This document shows positions 63,816-64,000 of a stretch of DNA of 64,000 nt, in pieces. The position numbers and the translations under genes were made by a program. Under the pieces are notes generated by a model that searched no databases, was not told the DNA's origin, and saw only the letters and a list, made by a program, of their open reading frames with translations. Position 1 is the stretch's first letter. The number at the start of each line of letters is the position of its first letter. Location: NCBI RefSeq assembly GCF_001194135.2, contig NC_069001.1, positions 8,400,621-8,464,620 on the forward strand, read 5' to 3'. Origin of the DNA: Octopus bimaculoides. Lineage: Eukaryota.

Positions 63816-64000
63816 TTATATATCATCATCATTTAGCTTTCGGGAAATATTACCTTGCTCAGAAAAAGGTGAGGGTTGGCAACAGGAAGAAGGGCATCTA
63901 GCTGTAGACTATCTACCTCAACAAATATCTGTCTATCCCAAGCAAGGAAAAGTGGAAGCTAAATGATGATAATATATAAAAGGGTAAAGGCCCACTTCGG

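Overview
AT-rich, microsatellite-dense eukaryotic DNA with 10 N-gaps. The tRNA-derived SINE complement and repeat texture point to an octopus (coleoid cephalopod) draft assembly (inference). Two convergent protein-coding genes are supported by splice signals and reading-frame phase. (1) On +, the 3' end of a Vav-family Rho/Rac GEF gene (655-17004) encodes the complete SH3-SH2-SH3 cassette. It includes a 24-nt PxxPxR microexon, a pair of apparently mutually exclusive linker exons (2902-3023 / 3110-3237) and a NAGNAG acceptor. (2) On -, the 3' part of a multi-exon gene I cannot name has exons from 60943 down to a stop at 34023; at least one internal exon was not found. The rest is intronic/intergenic and filled with at least six SINE families, mariner/Tc1 fossils, piggyBac/hAT/mariner MITEs (several nested), and RTE, CR1-like and Dong/R4 LINE fragments. 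It also holds minisatellites, two long inverted repeats and a minimal hammerhead ribozyme inside a tRNA-headed element (30721-30766, -). Almost all entries of the supplied ORF track are artefacts of microsatellites and gaps; the real exons are mostly shorter than its cutoff.
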